Positions 8,995 through 18,921 of a DNA stretch of 64,000 nucleotides are shown in pieces. This DNA comes from Thermoanaerobaculia bacterium (GTDB taxonomy: Bacteria; Acidobacteriota; Thermoanaerobaculia; Multivoradales; Multivoraceae). Below the pieces are notes generated by a model. It saw nothing but the letters and a program-made list of their open reading frames with translations. It did not search any database and had not been told where the DNA came from. The stretch is from the NCBI GenBank assembly GCA_963664405.1, contig OY761158.1, positions 1,664,001-1,728,000 of the forward strand. The letters are read 5' to 3'. Each line of letters starts with the position of its first letter. Positions within the stretch are counted from its first letter, which is position 1. The position numbers and the translations under genes were made by a program.

Positions 8995-9979
8995 GCCCAC
9001 AGTCGACGAATTGGTTGCCGGCACGATTCGCGGCGACCTTCGTTCGGCGTCGCGGCTCATCCGGATTATTGACGACGGCAGCGCGCTCGCGTGGGACGCG
9101 CTGAAGCGACTGTTCCCGCATTCCGGGTCAGCGCTCGTCCTTGGTATCACCGGTCCTCCCGGTGCAGGCAAAAGCACCCTTACTGATTGCCTAATCCGAA
9201 ATGCGCGGCAGTCCGGAAAAACCGTGGGCGTGCTCGCTGTCGATCCCAGCAGCCCCATTTCTGGCGGCGCGATTCTAGGCGATCGCATTCGCATGAATCG
9301 CTTTGCGCTGGATCAGGAAGTGTTTATCCGCTCGCTCGCCAGCCGGGGTCATTTTGGCGGGATCACACCCGCGACTCGCGGTGCCATACGCGTCATGGAT
9401 GCGATGGGTAAAGACGTAGTTCTGGTCGAGACAGTCGGTGTCGGGCAAGACGAAGTCGACATCACTCGCCTTGCGCACACGACGCTCGTAGTCGCAGTTC
9501 CGGGGCTCGGCGACGAGATCCAGGCAATGAAGGCCGGCATCCTCGAAGTCGGCGACCTCTTTATCGTGAATAAAGCGGACCGTCCAGACGCTGACAAAAC
9601 GGTCGCCTATCTCGAGAACGTCTTCCGTCGGGTCCCGGCAGGTCATTGGTGCCCCCCGGTGATCGAGGCCCAGGCGTTGCACAACAAAGGCATCGAGGAC
9701 ATCTGGCAGGCGATCGTTCAACATCAGAACCACCGCGAGGAGGCTGGCCCGGCACAGCGCGCGCGCGAGCACGCTAATTGCGAGGTTGAATTAAGGGCCT
9801 TTCTTCAACAAGGGCTTCAGCGCGAACTGGCAAGACAACTCGACAACGAGCCCGAGATCCAGAAGTCGGTGCAGAGCATCCTCGATGGACAGGCCGACAT
9901 CTATGCGGCCACGGACGACATCCTCGGCAAACTCGGGCTGTTCCGCGAAGACACGAGCGAGCAGCGGAGTGCGAGGTAG
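8978..9979 (+). CDS. meaB: MeaB/ArgK mutase-associated GTPase
   Basis: GITGPPGAGKST, AVDPSSPISGGAILGDRIRM, ETVGVGQDE, NKAD. Confidence 0.93.
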   Translation: MPRRPEPTVDELVAGTIRGDLRSASRLIRIIDDGSALAWDALKRLFPHSGSALVLGITGPPGAGKSTLTDCLIRNARQSGKTVGVLAVDPSSPISGGAILGDRIRMNRFALDQEVFIRSLASRGHFGGITPATRGAIRVMDAMGKDVVLVETVGVGQDEVDITRLAHTTLVVAVPGLGDEIQAMKAGILEVGDLFIVNKADRPDADKTVAYLENVFRRVPAGHWCPPVIEAQALHNKGIEDIWQAIVQHQNHREEAGPAQRAREHANCEVELRAFLQQGLQRELARQLDNEPEIQKSVQSILDGQADIYAATDDILGKLGLFREDTSEQRSAR

Positions 9980-10059
9980 CGACAGCCCTGAATTCTAGGA
10001 CTGCGAGTTGGGTGAGCTCCAATCGAGATCGTTGGCAGCTCTTATATCAGTTCCGTAGG

Positions 10060-11916
10060 CTAGGGAACGTACCAGATGGGGGACGACCAGGCACGCTCCA
10101 GGATGGTGGGAGGCAGGCGGGGATTCGGCGGCGTTCCCGCCCGGATAGCATCCCAGGTCGACCAGCGGCAGGTGGGATTCTGCAGCACGCGAACATAGTA
10201 GAACGCGCGTTGCCCAGGGTCGAAGTCGGGGTCCTGCCAGAGCGCTTCGAGCTCCGCAGCACCCTGACCTTCATTCGTCGCGCAGGTGCTCAGATCGACC
10301 TTGGCCCCGTTGTCGGGGCAGCGGTGGGTGTCGTCCGGGGTCGAGCCATCGGAGCAGGCTGCGTCGTAGACCCGCTCCTGCTTCGCACCGTCTGCTGTCC
10401 ATCCCTTGATCACTTGCAGTCGAGCAAGGGGAGCCGCGGTCGGATCCCTGGTAGCCCACAACAGAAAGCGCGGAGCTCGTTGCTCGCCATCGGCCATCAG
10501 GTCTCCTCCCATGGGGACGCCGTCGGCGTAGGCCTTGGTGAGCCCGTCTGATCCAGCCAGCGTCGTCTGGTCGAGGTCGTAGCCGGCGAAGAAGCGGACC
10601 CGCATGCGAGGGCCGGTGGTGGCAAAGGTCTCCTTCCGTTGGAAGGCGCGAAAGATGTCCTCTCTGGTGTTCGATTCGGCCCACACGGCGGCCAGGCCCG
10701 AGGCACCCCAGTACTGTCCGCTCCCGTCGTTGTACTCGCCGGTTTCGGCCCGAGGAACCGACCCTCGCTGCTCCGGCGTTATGTCCAACAGGCCGGCCTT
10801 GCTCCAGTAATCCTCTTCCCGAAACGATCCGGCTGCATTGTGGGTATCCGAGGAGCCGATGAGGCCGAAGCGAAAGGGATTGAAGCCCTGCTCCTCTTCC
10901 ATGGCCAGGCCGTTCAGATAGGCATCGCGTACGTAGCTGCCCTGGGGCTTGCTCGGAGAGTCATTGCCGATGGTCCCTTCGATGATCCCGAAGTCAGCCC
11001 ACTCGTCGTTCGGAGACAAGAGCGGATGCGTGTCAGAGGTGCCCTTGACCTGGGTTACCTCGACCAGCGGCTCGTTTCGCATCCGCTGCTCGGCGTAGGC
11101 CTGGTCGAAGGCATTGCCTTCTCTGTCGGTCAACTTGAACATCCATCCGTCTGAGCCGTTGGAGTTGTGGGGGATCGCCAGAGAGTCGATGCCCTGCTCG
11201 CGCTGCTGGTCCATCCAGTCCCACAGCTTCTCCGGGTTGTTCTTGGCGTCAATTCGACTGAAAGGAATGCTCGGCACATTCGAGCCAGGGAAGATCACGT
11301 TTCGATGTAGGTTCTCCCCTCTGGGACCGCCGGCAGTGAACTCGTAGGCGATGAGGGTGGTGAAAGTGCCTGGATCGTTGTGGCGCTCAGCGGCCGCGAT
11401 GATCTCCCGCCATGCGCTCTTTACGACGCCGAGATCGAGCAGGTCGTCCGGATCGAGATATCCTCTCTGACGCGGCACCACTTCCCGGAAAACGGCGGTG
11501 CGATCCTCGGGCGTTTCGGCGCTTCGGAGTGCGATCGACAGCGGATGTCGGCCAACCTCGGAATCGGGGTTGTCCATCTGTTCGAACATGCCCAGGTAGG
11601 TGGCATGGTCGGAGACCGCGAGGAAGTCGAGCGGGGCCTCGAGGCGCATCTCGATTCCGGCTGCGTGAGTCAGCGCTTCTCCCTTGGCGAACCTGTATGC
11701 GTCGTCCGGATCGTTGCGGGTGCCGTAGATGTAGGCGTCGAAGGAGTAGCTGGTGTGGACGTGAAGGTCGCCGAAGTAGGCGTTTCGAGTCGATGATCTC
11801 TGCTCCATCGGAGCGGTCTCTTCGCTGGCTCGAGCCGGGACCTCGGTAGGTTCATCCGCACAACCGAGAGACAGGAGAAGAAAAGCTGTCAGCCAGACAC
11901 CGCTACGCGCACACAT
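10060..11916 (-). CDS. DUF3604 domain lipoprotein (PHP-like metallohydrolase fold)
   Basis: Lipobox LSLGC; YFGDLHVHTSYSFDA, SDHA, LHRNVIF, IPHNSN, SSDTH, ERAWSSPIWY. Confidence 0.9.
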   Translation of the reverse strand: MCARSGVWLTAFLLLSLGCADEPTEVPARASEETAPMEQRSSTRNAYFGDLHVHTSYSFDAYIYGTRNDPDDAYRFAKGEALTHAAGIEMRLEAPLDFLAVSDHATYLGMFEQMDNPDSEVGRHPLSIALRSAETPEDRTAVFREVVPRQRGYLDPDDLLDLGVVKSAWREIIAAAERHNDPGTFTTLIAYEFTAGGPRGENLHRNVIFPGSNVPSIPFSRIDAKNNPEKLWDWMDQQREQGIDSLAIPHNSNGSDGWMFKLTDREGNAFDQAYAEQRMRNEPLVEVTQVKGTSDTHPLLSPNDEWADFGIIEGTIGNDSPSKPQGSYVRDAYLNGLAMEEEQGFNPFRFGLIGSSDTHNAAGSFREEDYWSKAGLLDITPEQRGSVPRAETGEYNDGSGQYWGASGLAAVWAESNTREDIFRAFQRKETFATTGPRMRVRFFAGYDLDQTTLAGSDGLTKAYADGVPMGGDLMADGEQRAPRFLLWATRDPTAAPLARLQVIKGWTADGAKQERVYDAACSDGSTPDDTHRCPDNGAKVDLSTCATNEGQGAAELEALWQDPDFDPGQRAFYYVRVLQNPTCRWSTWDAIRAGTPPNPRLPPTILERAWSSPIWYVP

Positions 11917-12163
11917 AGTCTTCTCGTTTCTCTTCGGTTCTATGACCGGAGTGGATGCGATCTGTTCTCGGGGAGCCCCCATCCTAACGCGGTCTGCACG
12001 CTACAGTTGGCGCCGAACGATCACCAATAGAATTCGACGCCTCTGTCAAGGTTACCCCGCGGGTCGGATGAGGAGATGCAGTTGCAGCGGGATTACGCGG
12101 AGCGAGTGCGCTCGCCTAGGCTGATCGTGGATCGGATCCGAGAGTCCGCGGTATGCTTAGGAC

Positions 12164-12253
12164 ATGGGAGCTGCGTCTGATACCTGGCAGGACTTCATTG
12201 CTGTCGATCCAGCGAAATGCCACGGACGGGTCTGCATACGGGGTCCTCTATGA
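12164..12253 (+). pseudogene. DUF433-type antitoxin 5' remnant
   Basis: MGAASDTWQDFIAVDPAKCHGRVCIRGPL*; TATGCT lies 6 nt upstream of the ATG. Confidence 0.7.
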
Positions 12254-14262
12254 ACGTGGCCAAGACGCTGCCCCTCTCCTGTTGCGCGGCGCCGCTGCTC
12301 GTCGCCGCTGCCGCGACTGCCGCCGACACCGACTGGCCCCACTTCGGCAACGACGCCGGCAATTCGAAATACTCGCCGCTGGCCCAGATAGACGCCGACA
12401 ACTTCGACCGGCTGGAGGTGGTCTGGGCCTGGGAGTCCGTCGACACCGAGATTCCGAACCTGCCCGACTCGATCAGGCCGCGGTCTTTCAAGGCCATTCC
12501 GGTGGTCATCGACGGCCGTATGTACGTGAGCACCCCCCTCGGTCAAGTGGCGGCGATCGACGCCGCCTCGGGCAAGCCGTTGTGGAGCTACGACCCGCAG
12601 AGTTGGGAGGCGGGGCGGCCGGCGAATATGGGGTTCCAGCACCGCGGCGTGGCGCTCTGGCGCAAGGGCGAAAAACAACGGGTCATCATGGCCACCCACG
12701 ACCGGCGCCTGCTCTCGCTCGACGCGACGACCGGCAGGCCGGATCCCGCCTTCGGCAAGCGCGGCGCGTTGGAGATGACCCCAGACCTGGGCCGCGAGAT
12801 CCTCGAGTCACGAACCACACACAGCTCGCCGCCGGCGATCTGTCGCGACACCGTGATCGTGGGCTCGATCGTGGGGGATATTGCCACGCATCAAGAGGCG
12901 CCGCCTGGCTTCGTACGCGCCTATGATGCCGAGACCGGCGCCCTGGCCTGGGTCTTTCACACCATCCCGCAGCAAGGTGAGGAGGGCAGCGAGACCTGGG
13001 AGAACGAGTCCTGGCGCTACAGCGGCAACACCAATGTGTGGTCGATGATCACCGTCGACGAAGAGCTCGGCCTCGCCTATCTTCCGATCGGCACGCCGAC
13101 GAGTGACCTCTACGGCGGTCACCGCCTCGGCGACAACCTCTACGCCGAGAGTCTGGTGGCGGTCGACTGCGAGACCGGCGAGAAGCGCTGGCACTTCCAG
13201 ATCGTGCACCACGGCCTCTGGGACTACGACCTGCCGCCGCCGCCGAACAGGATCGATCTGATGGTGGACGGCGAGCTCCGGAAGGTGGTGGCGCAAGCCA
13301 GCAAGCAGGCCTTCCTCTTCGTCCTCGATGCCACAACAGGAGAGCCGCTGTGGCCCGTCGAAGAGCGTCCCGTGCCTCCGAGTCAGGTGCCGGGAGAGCG
13401 CGCCTCGCCGACCCAGCCTTTCCCCACCAGGCCGGCCGCCTACGATCGCCAGGGGATCAGCACCGAAGATCTGATCGACTTCACCCCCCAGCTTCGGGAA
13501 GAAGCCCTCGAGATCGCCAGTGCGTACGAGCTGACCCCTCTCTACACGCCGCCTCGGGTTGCGGGCGAGGGTAAGCCGGTGATCCAGCTACCCGGTCCGG
13601 GTGGAGGCACCAACTGGACCGGCACCGCAGTGGACCCCGAGAGCGGCATGATCTACGTGCCTTCCTACGCCACCCCGAGATCCGTTTCGCTCACCCCTCC
13701 CGACCCCAATCGATCGGATCTGCGTTACGTACCCGACGGCTGGTACGAGTACGTCGATGGTCCTCGAGGTCTGCCGCTGGTCAAGCCGCCGTACGGACGC
13801 GTCACCGCGATCGATCTCGCTACCGGCGAGCACGTCTGGGTCGCGGCCCACGGTGAGGGGCCGCGCAACCACCCCACGATCAAGCACTTGGGGCTGGATC
13901 GGCTGGGCTCCCCGGACCGCTCAGCCGCGCCGCTGGTAACCAAGACTCTGTTGTTCGTCACCCATCGCGCCGAGAGTCTGTTGTTCGTCACCCATCGTGC
14001 CGTGAGCACAACCCGCGCCGATTCCCCCATCAGGGATCGACCGCCCGAGATCAGCGTTTACGACAAGAAGACCGGGGCCTACCTCGGCGGCATCGAGCTC
14101 CCCGCGACTCCCAACTCGAACCTGATCACCTACGAAGTCGACGGTCGCCAGTATCTCGCGGTGAGCGTCGGTGGCGGGAGGGAGGCTGCCGAGACCGACA
14201 GCACTCCTGCCGGTGTGGTCGCATTCGCCGGCGACCTACACTTCAAAGAGGGGGTAGAGTGA
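12250..14262 (+). CDS. PQQ-dependent glucose/quinate-type dehydrogenase
   Basis: DWPHFGNDAGNSKYSPLAQI, HHGLWDYDLP, PTQPFP, KPPYGRVTAIDL. Confidence 0.9.
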   Translation: MNVAKTLPLSCCAAPLLVAAAATAADTDWPHFGNDAGNSKYSPLAQIDADNFDRLEVVWAWESVDTEIPNLPDSIRPRSFKAIPVVIDGRMYVSTPLGQVAAIDAASGKPLWSYDPQSWEAGRPANMGFQHRGVALWRKGEKQRVIMATHDRRLLSLDATTGRPDPAFGKRGALEMTPDLGREILESRTTHSSPPAICRDTVIVGSIVGDIATHQEAPPGFVRAYDAETGALAWVFHTIPQQGEEGSETWENESWRYSGNTNVWSMITVDEELGLAYLPIGTPTSDLYGGHRLGDNLYAESLVAVDCETGEKRWHFQIVHHGLWDYDLPPPPNRIDLMVDGELRKVVAQASKQAFLFVLDATTGEPLWPVEERPVPPSQVPGERASPTQPFPTRPAAYDRQGISTEDLIDFTPQLREEALEIASAYELTPLYTPPRVAGEGKPVIQLPGPGGGTNWTGTAVDPESGMIYVPSYATPRSVSLTPPDPNRSDLRYVPDGWYEYVDGPRGLPLVKPPYGRVTAIDLATGEHVWVAAHGEGPRNHPTIKHLGLDRLGSPDRSAAPLVTKTLLFVTHRAESLLFVTHRAVSTTRADSPIRDRPPEISVYDKKTGAYLGGIELPATPNSNLITYEVDGRQYLAVSVGGGREAAETDSTPAGVVAFAGDLHFKEGVE

Positions 14263-15770
14263 TGATGGCACTTCGATTCCGAGACTGTGTGCTCGCCGTT
14301 GCGTTGATCGCCGCGTTCGGCTGTCAATCTTCCGAACCACCCCCAGAGACCTCGGTTCCCCCACCGGCGCCACCGCCGCCGCCGAACATCGTCGTCATCG
14401 TCGGCGACGACCTGGGCTACGGCGATATCGGAGTGTACGGCTCGCAGATCCCTACGCCTCACATCGACCAGCTGGCGCGCGACGGCGTGCGCCTGACCGA
14501 CGGCCATGTGTCCGCGGCCGTGTGCAGTCCGATGCGCGCGGGTTTCCACACCGGGCGGTATCAGAATCGCTTCGGCTGGGAGTACAACCCCACCGACCAT
14601 GACCTCGGACTTCCGTTGGACCAGAAAACGGTCGCCAACCACTTTCAGGACGCCGGCTATGTCACCGGCCTGATCGGCAAGTGGCACCTAGGCGTGGCCG
14701 AGCCCTACCATCCACTCCACCGCGGCTTCGACGAGTTCTACGGCATCCTGGGAGGCGTCACCAGCTACATCGACTCCCGACTTCCAGGCACCCACGAGTG
14801 GCCCGCCGAGAGAGCCCCCACCACCCGCACCAGAGAGTCGCAAGTCATCCGCGAGGGCTTCGAGGTGATCGAGGTCGAGGACTATCTGACTGACGTCTTT
14901 GCCGAGAAGGCGGTCGACTTCATCGATCGCCACGCCGACGAGCGCTTCCTCTTGATGCTGACTCCCAACACTCCGCACACGCCGCTGCAGGCGACCGACG
15001 AGTACATGGAGCGCGTGCAGCACATCGAGGGCGATGGAGCGCGCGTCTACGCTGCGATGGTGGTCTCGCTCGACGACTACGTCGGCGATGTCGTCGCGGC
15101 CCTACGCAAGCACGACCTCGAGCGCGACACGCTGGTCGTCTTTCTCTCCGACAATGGGTGCATCAACTATTTGGCCGAGCCGATCTGCACCAACGCTCCG
15201 CTGGCGGGTCATAAGCGCTACCAGCTCGAAGGCGGCCATCGAGTCCCCTTCATCCTCAAGTGGCCTGCGGGCCTTCCTCAGGGCGAGGTCTACCGCGAGC
15301 CTGCCAGCGCTCTCGATCTCTACGCCACCTTCACCGCAGCGAGCGGCTTCGAAGCGAGTAGCCCGGACAGCGTCAATCTCCTTCCTCATCTACGCGGCGA
15401 GACCACCGAGCCGCCCCACGAGTTCCTCTACTGGCGCGCGGCACCGAATATCGCCATCCGCTGGGGCAAGTGGAAGATGTGGAGAGTGAACAACACCGAT
15501 ATGGAGATCCCTGCCGGGCCACCGGGCCAGGGCCTGCCGTTGGTGGAATACCCGCCCGACGTCTCACCTATGGGTCAGACCACCGTTCTCTACGATCTGG
15601 AGGCTGACATCGGCGAGACCAACAACATCGCAGATCAACACCCCGAGATCGTAGAGCGCCTGGAGAGTGAGCTCGCTGCCTGGGAGGCCGAGCTCGCCGA
15701 GCCACTCTGGGTCAACCGTCGCGGGACCCTGCACTCGCTTCACGGTCAAACGGTTCAGCTCTTCTTCTGA
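14259..15770 (+). CDS. Sulfatase (lipoprotein)
   Basis: PNIVVIVGDDLGYGD, VCSPMRAG, GKWHLG, SDNG. Confidence 0.92.
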   Translation: MMMALRFRDCVLAVALIAAFGCQSSEPPPETSVPPPAPPPPPNIVVIVGDDLGYGDIGVYGSQIPTPHIDQLARDGVRLTDGHVSAAVCSPMRAGFHTGRYQNRFGWEYNPTDHDLGLPLDQKTVANHFQDAGYVTGLIGKWHLGVAEPYHPLHRGFDEFYGILGGVTSYIDSRLPGTHEWPAERAPTTRTRESQVIREGFEVIEVEDYLTDVFAEKAVDFIDRHADERFLLMLTPNTPHTPLQATDEYMERVQHIEGDGARVYAAMVVSLDDYVGDVVAALRKHDLERDTLVVFLSDNGCINYLAEPICTNAPLAGHKRYQLEGGHRVPFILKWPAGLPQGEVYREPASALDLYATFTAASGFEASSPDSVNLLPHLRGETTEPPHEFLYWRAAPNIAIRWGKWKMWRVNNTDMEIPAGPPGQGLPLVEYPPDVSPMGQTTVLYDLEADIGETNNIADQHPEIVERLESELAAWEAELAEPLWVNRRGTLHSLHGQTVQLFF

Positions 15771-15799
15771 GGCCCCGCGGCCTACATTCCAGAGAGTCG

Positions 15800-16000
15800 T
15801 TGTCGCGGTCTCTGAGACACGACTCAGCCGGTCGCCATGAAGGCTCCCTGGGCGATTGTCGATACAAACGTCGTCGTCGTGCGCTTGACCGACTACGAAG
15901 TGTCCGGCTCTCCGTCCATCGGGGAGACACGCGCCGATACGGCGCTCGCCGCGATCCTTACCGCGATTGGCGAGCGTTCGTAGGCGAGCGCGCTAAGGGC
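15800..16000 (+). pseudogene. Fused remnants: RHH/PIN TA junction (like 1535-1608) joined to a serine-hydrolase 3' end (like 24934-25062)
   Basis: Direct sequence similarity to both loci; joined at a shared CGTCGTC. Confidence 0.8.
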
Positions 16001-16099
16001 AGCGTCCGGACCGCGAAGCTCGCGAGCCAGTGGGTTCCGAAGTAGTCGGCGACGTACATCGTCGCGGTCAAGCGGATGGTGGCAGTGGTGCTCGAACCG

Positions 16100-16204
16100 T
16101 CAGTTCGCGGCTAAATCGAGCGCTTTGATCTCACGTTTGTTGCGAAGATAGAGCTTGGTTCCGACCAAGGTCGGGCTCGTCCACGACCGCGCATCGAAGA
16201 GCTG
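16100..16204 (-). pseudogene. C-terminal remnant of a PQQ-like/BamB-like propeller protein
   Basis: QLFDARSWTSPTLVGTKLYLRNKREIKALDLAAN*. Confidence 0.6.
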
Positions 16205-16387
16205 CGTCGACGAGACCACATCGACGCCTTTCGGCGGGGATCGCCGAAGCGCAGGCCCGGCGTCTAGTCAGTGGTAGATCGGGAGGACCTCATCGCCGCA
16301 ACGGCGCGTATCCGCGCTCCGCCGGGCCACCGTCCATCCAATATTATGGATTGAGATCCAAAACCATGAGCCAACTTGCAGACCGCA

Positions 16388-16434
16388 ATACCATATGTTG
16401 TATTCGACGATCATAAGACCACGGTATATAGTAC
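16388..16434 (+). promoter_or_regulatory. Tandem NrdR-box-like operators
   Basis: ATACCATATGTTGTAT (16388) and CCACGGTATATAGTAC (16419), 31 bp apart; a further palindrome ATCCAATATTATGGAT at 16336. Confidence 0.5.
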
Positions 16435-17102
16435 TCGATGCCAGCAGAGCGCCTGGTACGATTATCGCATTCATCTGAGCATAAAGGTCATTCTGACAGG
16501 CAGTCCGCTTCGAGCCGAACCCGGTCTCAAGCGAGACTGATGGTAGAAACCTCAGGAGAAAAGAAATGATGCAAGCTGCCACTCTCAGGTCAGTTCTCTG
16601 TCTCTTCGCCATCGCCTGTCTGGTTCAGGCGCCGCTCTTGGCGGACGGCCCGCAGACAGGAACCATCGACGGTACGGTGACCGATGCCCAGGGCGGCGGC
16701 CTGCCCGGCGTCACCGTCACCCTTACCGGACCTCAGAACACTAGAACGGAAATGACCGACGCCGAGGGAGACTACCGCTTCGCCCTGCTCCAGCCTGGGG
16801 CCTACGTGGTGAACGCCACTCTCGAGGGTCTTGGCACGGCCGAGCAGGCCGTCTCCCTCGAAATGGGGCAGCGCCACGACGTCGCGCTCACTCTGCAGGC
16901 AGCCACCTCCGAGACCATCACCGTCACCGCCGAGGCGGCGATGATCTCCAAGTACGACACCGGCGCCACCTCTGCGATCCCGGAGGAGGCACTCGAGAAC
17001 GTCACCTTCACCACGCGCAACTACCTTGGGTTCAAGGGGTCGTCGCAACGTTGCCTTGGTGAGCAGAGTGTACAAACTCATCGAAGACTTCGGCAGGGGT
17101 TC

Positions 17103-17516
17103 TGAGCGGTCACGGTTTCGTGGACACCAAGTTAAGCCCCATCGGGGCAGTTCCTATTCTGCATCAGTTCGGGTAGTCAGCTTCGGACGAGGCTGTGCGA
17201 GGTTCGGGGAGCGCAGCCTCCCTTCGGATCCGACCGCCGGTCGCGCGTGAGTTCACGCTGCCCCTTCGAAGGCCTCGGGGCTCAGGAATCCGAGCGTCGA
17301 ATGCTGGCGTCTCAGGTTGTAGAACACTTCGAGGTAAGAAACCGCTTCGTCGTGAGCTCGCTGACGAGTCTCGAAGGGTCGGTCCCAGACCTCGGTCTTG
17401 AGACTGTCGAAGAAGCTCTCCAAGACCGCATTGTCATAACAATTTCCGACGCCGGACATGCTGCAGCGAAACCGCAGCTCAGCCAGCCGATCCTGGTAAG
17501 CCTTCGAGGCGTACTG
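17103..17516 (-). mobile_element. IS3-family 3' remnant (end of orfB plus terminal IR)
   Basis: QYAS...SMSGVGNCYDNAVLESFFDSLKTE...FYNLRRQHSTLGFLSP; terminal TGAGCGGTCACGGTTTCGTGGACAC. Confidence 0.85.
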
Positions 17517-17523
17517 CTTGGGT

Positions 17524-18921
17524 TCAAGGAGTCGTCGCAGCGTTGCCTTGGTGAGCAGAGTGTACAAGCTCATCGAAGACTTCGGCAGGGGTTCTCCAGC
17601 CGAGGGTCTTGCGGGGTCGGCCGTTGAGTGCGAGCGCGACCGCGGCGAGGTCGTCGCAGGAGTATCTGACAAGGTCGGTGCCCTTCGGGAAGTACTGGCG
17701 TAGTAGTCCGTTGGTGTTCTCGTTGGTGCCCCGCTGCCAGGGGCTGTGCGGGTCGCAGAAGTAGATCGCGAGGCCGGTATCGACGCGGAGTTGAGCGTGT
17801 TGAGCCATCTCGGCGCCCTGGTCCCAGGTCAAGGACCGGCGGAGCTGCTCGGGCAGCGTGGTGATTGACACCGCGATCGCGTCACGGACGGCTTCGGCGC
17901 CGTGCCCGGCGAGGGCCGGCCCGTTCTTCACCCTCGATTCGGTCCCGTGCCCTTCCATGCGGGGCAGGTGCAGCAGCATCGTGAACCGCGTAGTGCGTTC
18001 GACGAGGGTCCCGATCGCTGAGCTCTCGAGCCCGACGATCAGGTCGCCTTCCCAGTGACCCGGCACGGCCCTGTCGCCGGCTTCGGCGGGGCGTTCGCTG
18101 ATCATGATCTCCGGAGTTACAAATTTCTTGCCTCTCCCCCGGGTTCGCGCATGCGGCACTCGTAGCGCTCGCCCGGTTCGCAGGCACGCGACGAGCTCGC
18201 GTTTGAGGGCTCCTCGACCTTGGATGTAGAGCGCTTGGTAGATCGCCTCGTGAGAGATCCGCATCGACTCATTATGGGGGAAATCAATCCGAAGCCGGTT
18301 CGAGATCTGCTCCGGACTCCAGGATTTCGCCCAACGCCGATCCTGGCGACGGCCGTGCCGACGGCCGATCCAACGCACATCCGGACCCGGCACCAGCTCC
18401 CCGTCAGGCCTTGCGATCACGCCGGCGAGGCGGTTCTGCACGTACTCACGCAAGGCATCGTTCGCGGCAAGCTTGGAGACCTTCGGACGGCTGGCGCGCC
18501 GCTCCGCGTGCCACTGCGCAGTCGTGGCCCGATAAGTTACGGCACGGCTGCGAGTCGCCGCGTTGCGGCGCAGCTCCCGCAAAATCGTCGACGGTGAACG
18601 ACCCAGGCGGCGAGCGATCTCACGTACCCCAACATGCTGAGCGTGAAGGATGGCGATCTCTTCACGCTCGGCGAACGACAGATAACGCCCCGACACCGGA
18701 GCCAACGAGATAGGTCGCATTCCACCAGCTTGCCTGAACCATCTCGACCCGACAGCCGGCGACACCCCAGCCTCTGTTGCGGCGTCCTCGCTGGACGCCC
18801 CACGAGCGATCGTCTCCCAGAACCGGATCCGGTCCTCGCGCCGCGCTGTCGAGGGCCGGCCAGGTGACCGCATCTGGCCACGCATCGCTCGAATCGCACC
18901 CTGACACTTGCCAACTCCCAT
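17524..18921 (-). CDS. IS30-family transposase (element 17517-18968; start codon uncertain)
   Basis: RYLSFAEREEI HTH, GHWEGDLI, TLVERTTR, LTWDQGAEM, SPWQRGTNENTNGLLRQYFPKG. Confidence 0.95.
   Translation of the reverse strand: MGVGKCQGAIRAMRGQMRSPGRPSTARREDRIRFWETIARGASSEDAATEAGVSPAVGSRWFRQAGGMRPISLAPVSGRYLSFAEREEIAILHAQHVGVREIARRLGRSPSTILRELRRNAATRSRAVTYRATTAQWHAERRASRPKVSKLAANDALREYVQNRLAGVIARPDGELVPGPDVRWIGRRHGRRQDRRWAKSWSPEQISNRLRIDFPHNESMRISHEAIYQALYIQGRGALKRELVACLRTGRALRVPHARTRGRGKKFVTPEIMISERPAEAGDRAVPGHWEGDLIVGLESSAIGTLVERTTRFTMLLHLPRMEGHGTESRVKNGPALAGHGAEAVRDAIAVSITTLPEQLRRSLTWDQGAEMAQHAQLRVDTGLAIYFCDPHSPWQRGTNENTNGLLRQYFPKGTDLVRYSCDDLAAVALALNGRPRKTLGWRTPAEVFDELVHSAHQGNAATTP

Noticed and set aside
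13210-13235. WDYD in the GDH-type protein as a lanthanide marker
   Set aside because: D-x-D is also present in Ca/Mg-dependent glucose dehydrogenases, so it is not diagnostic in this clade.
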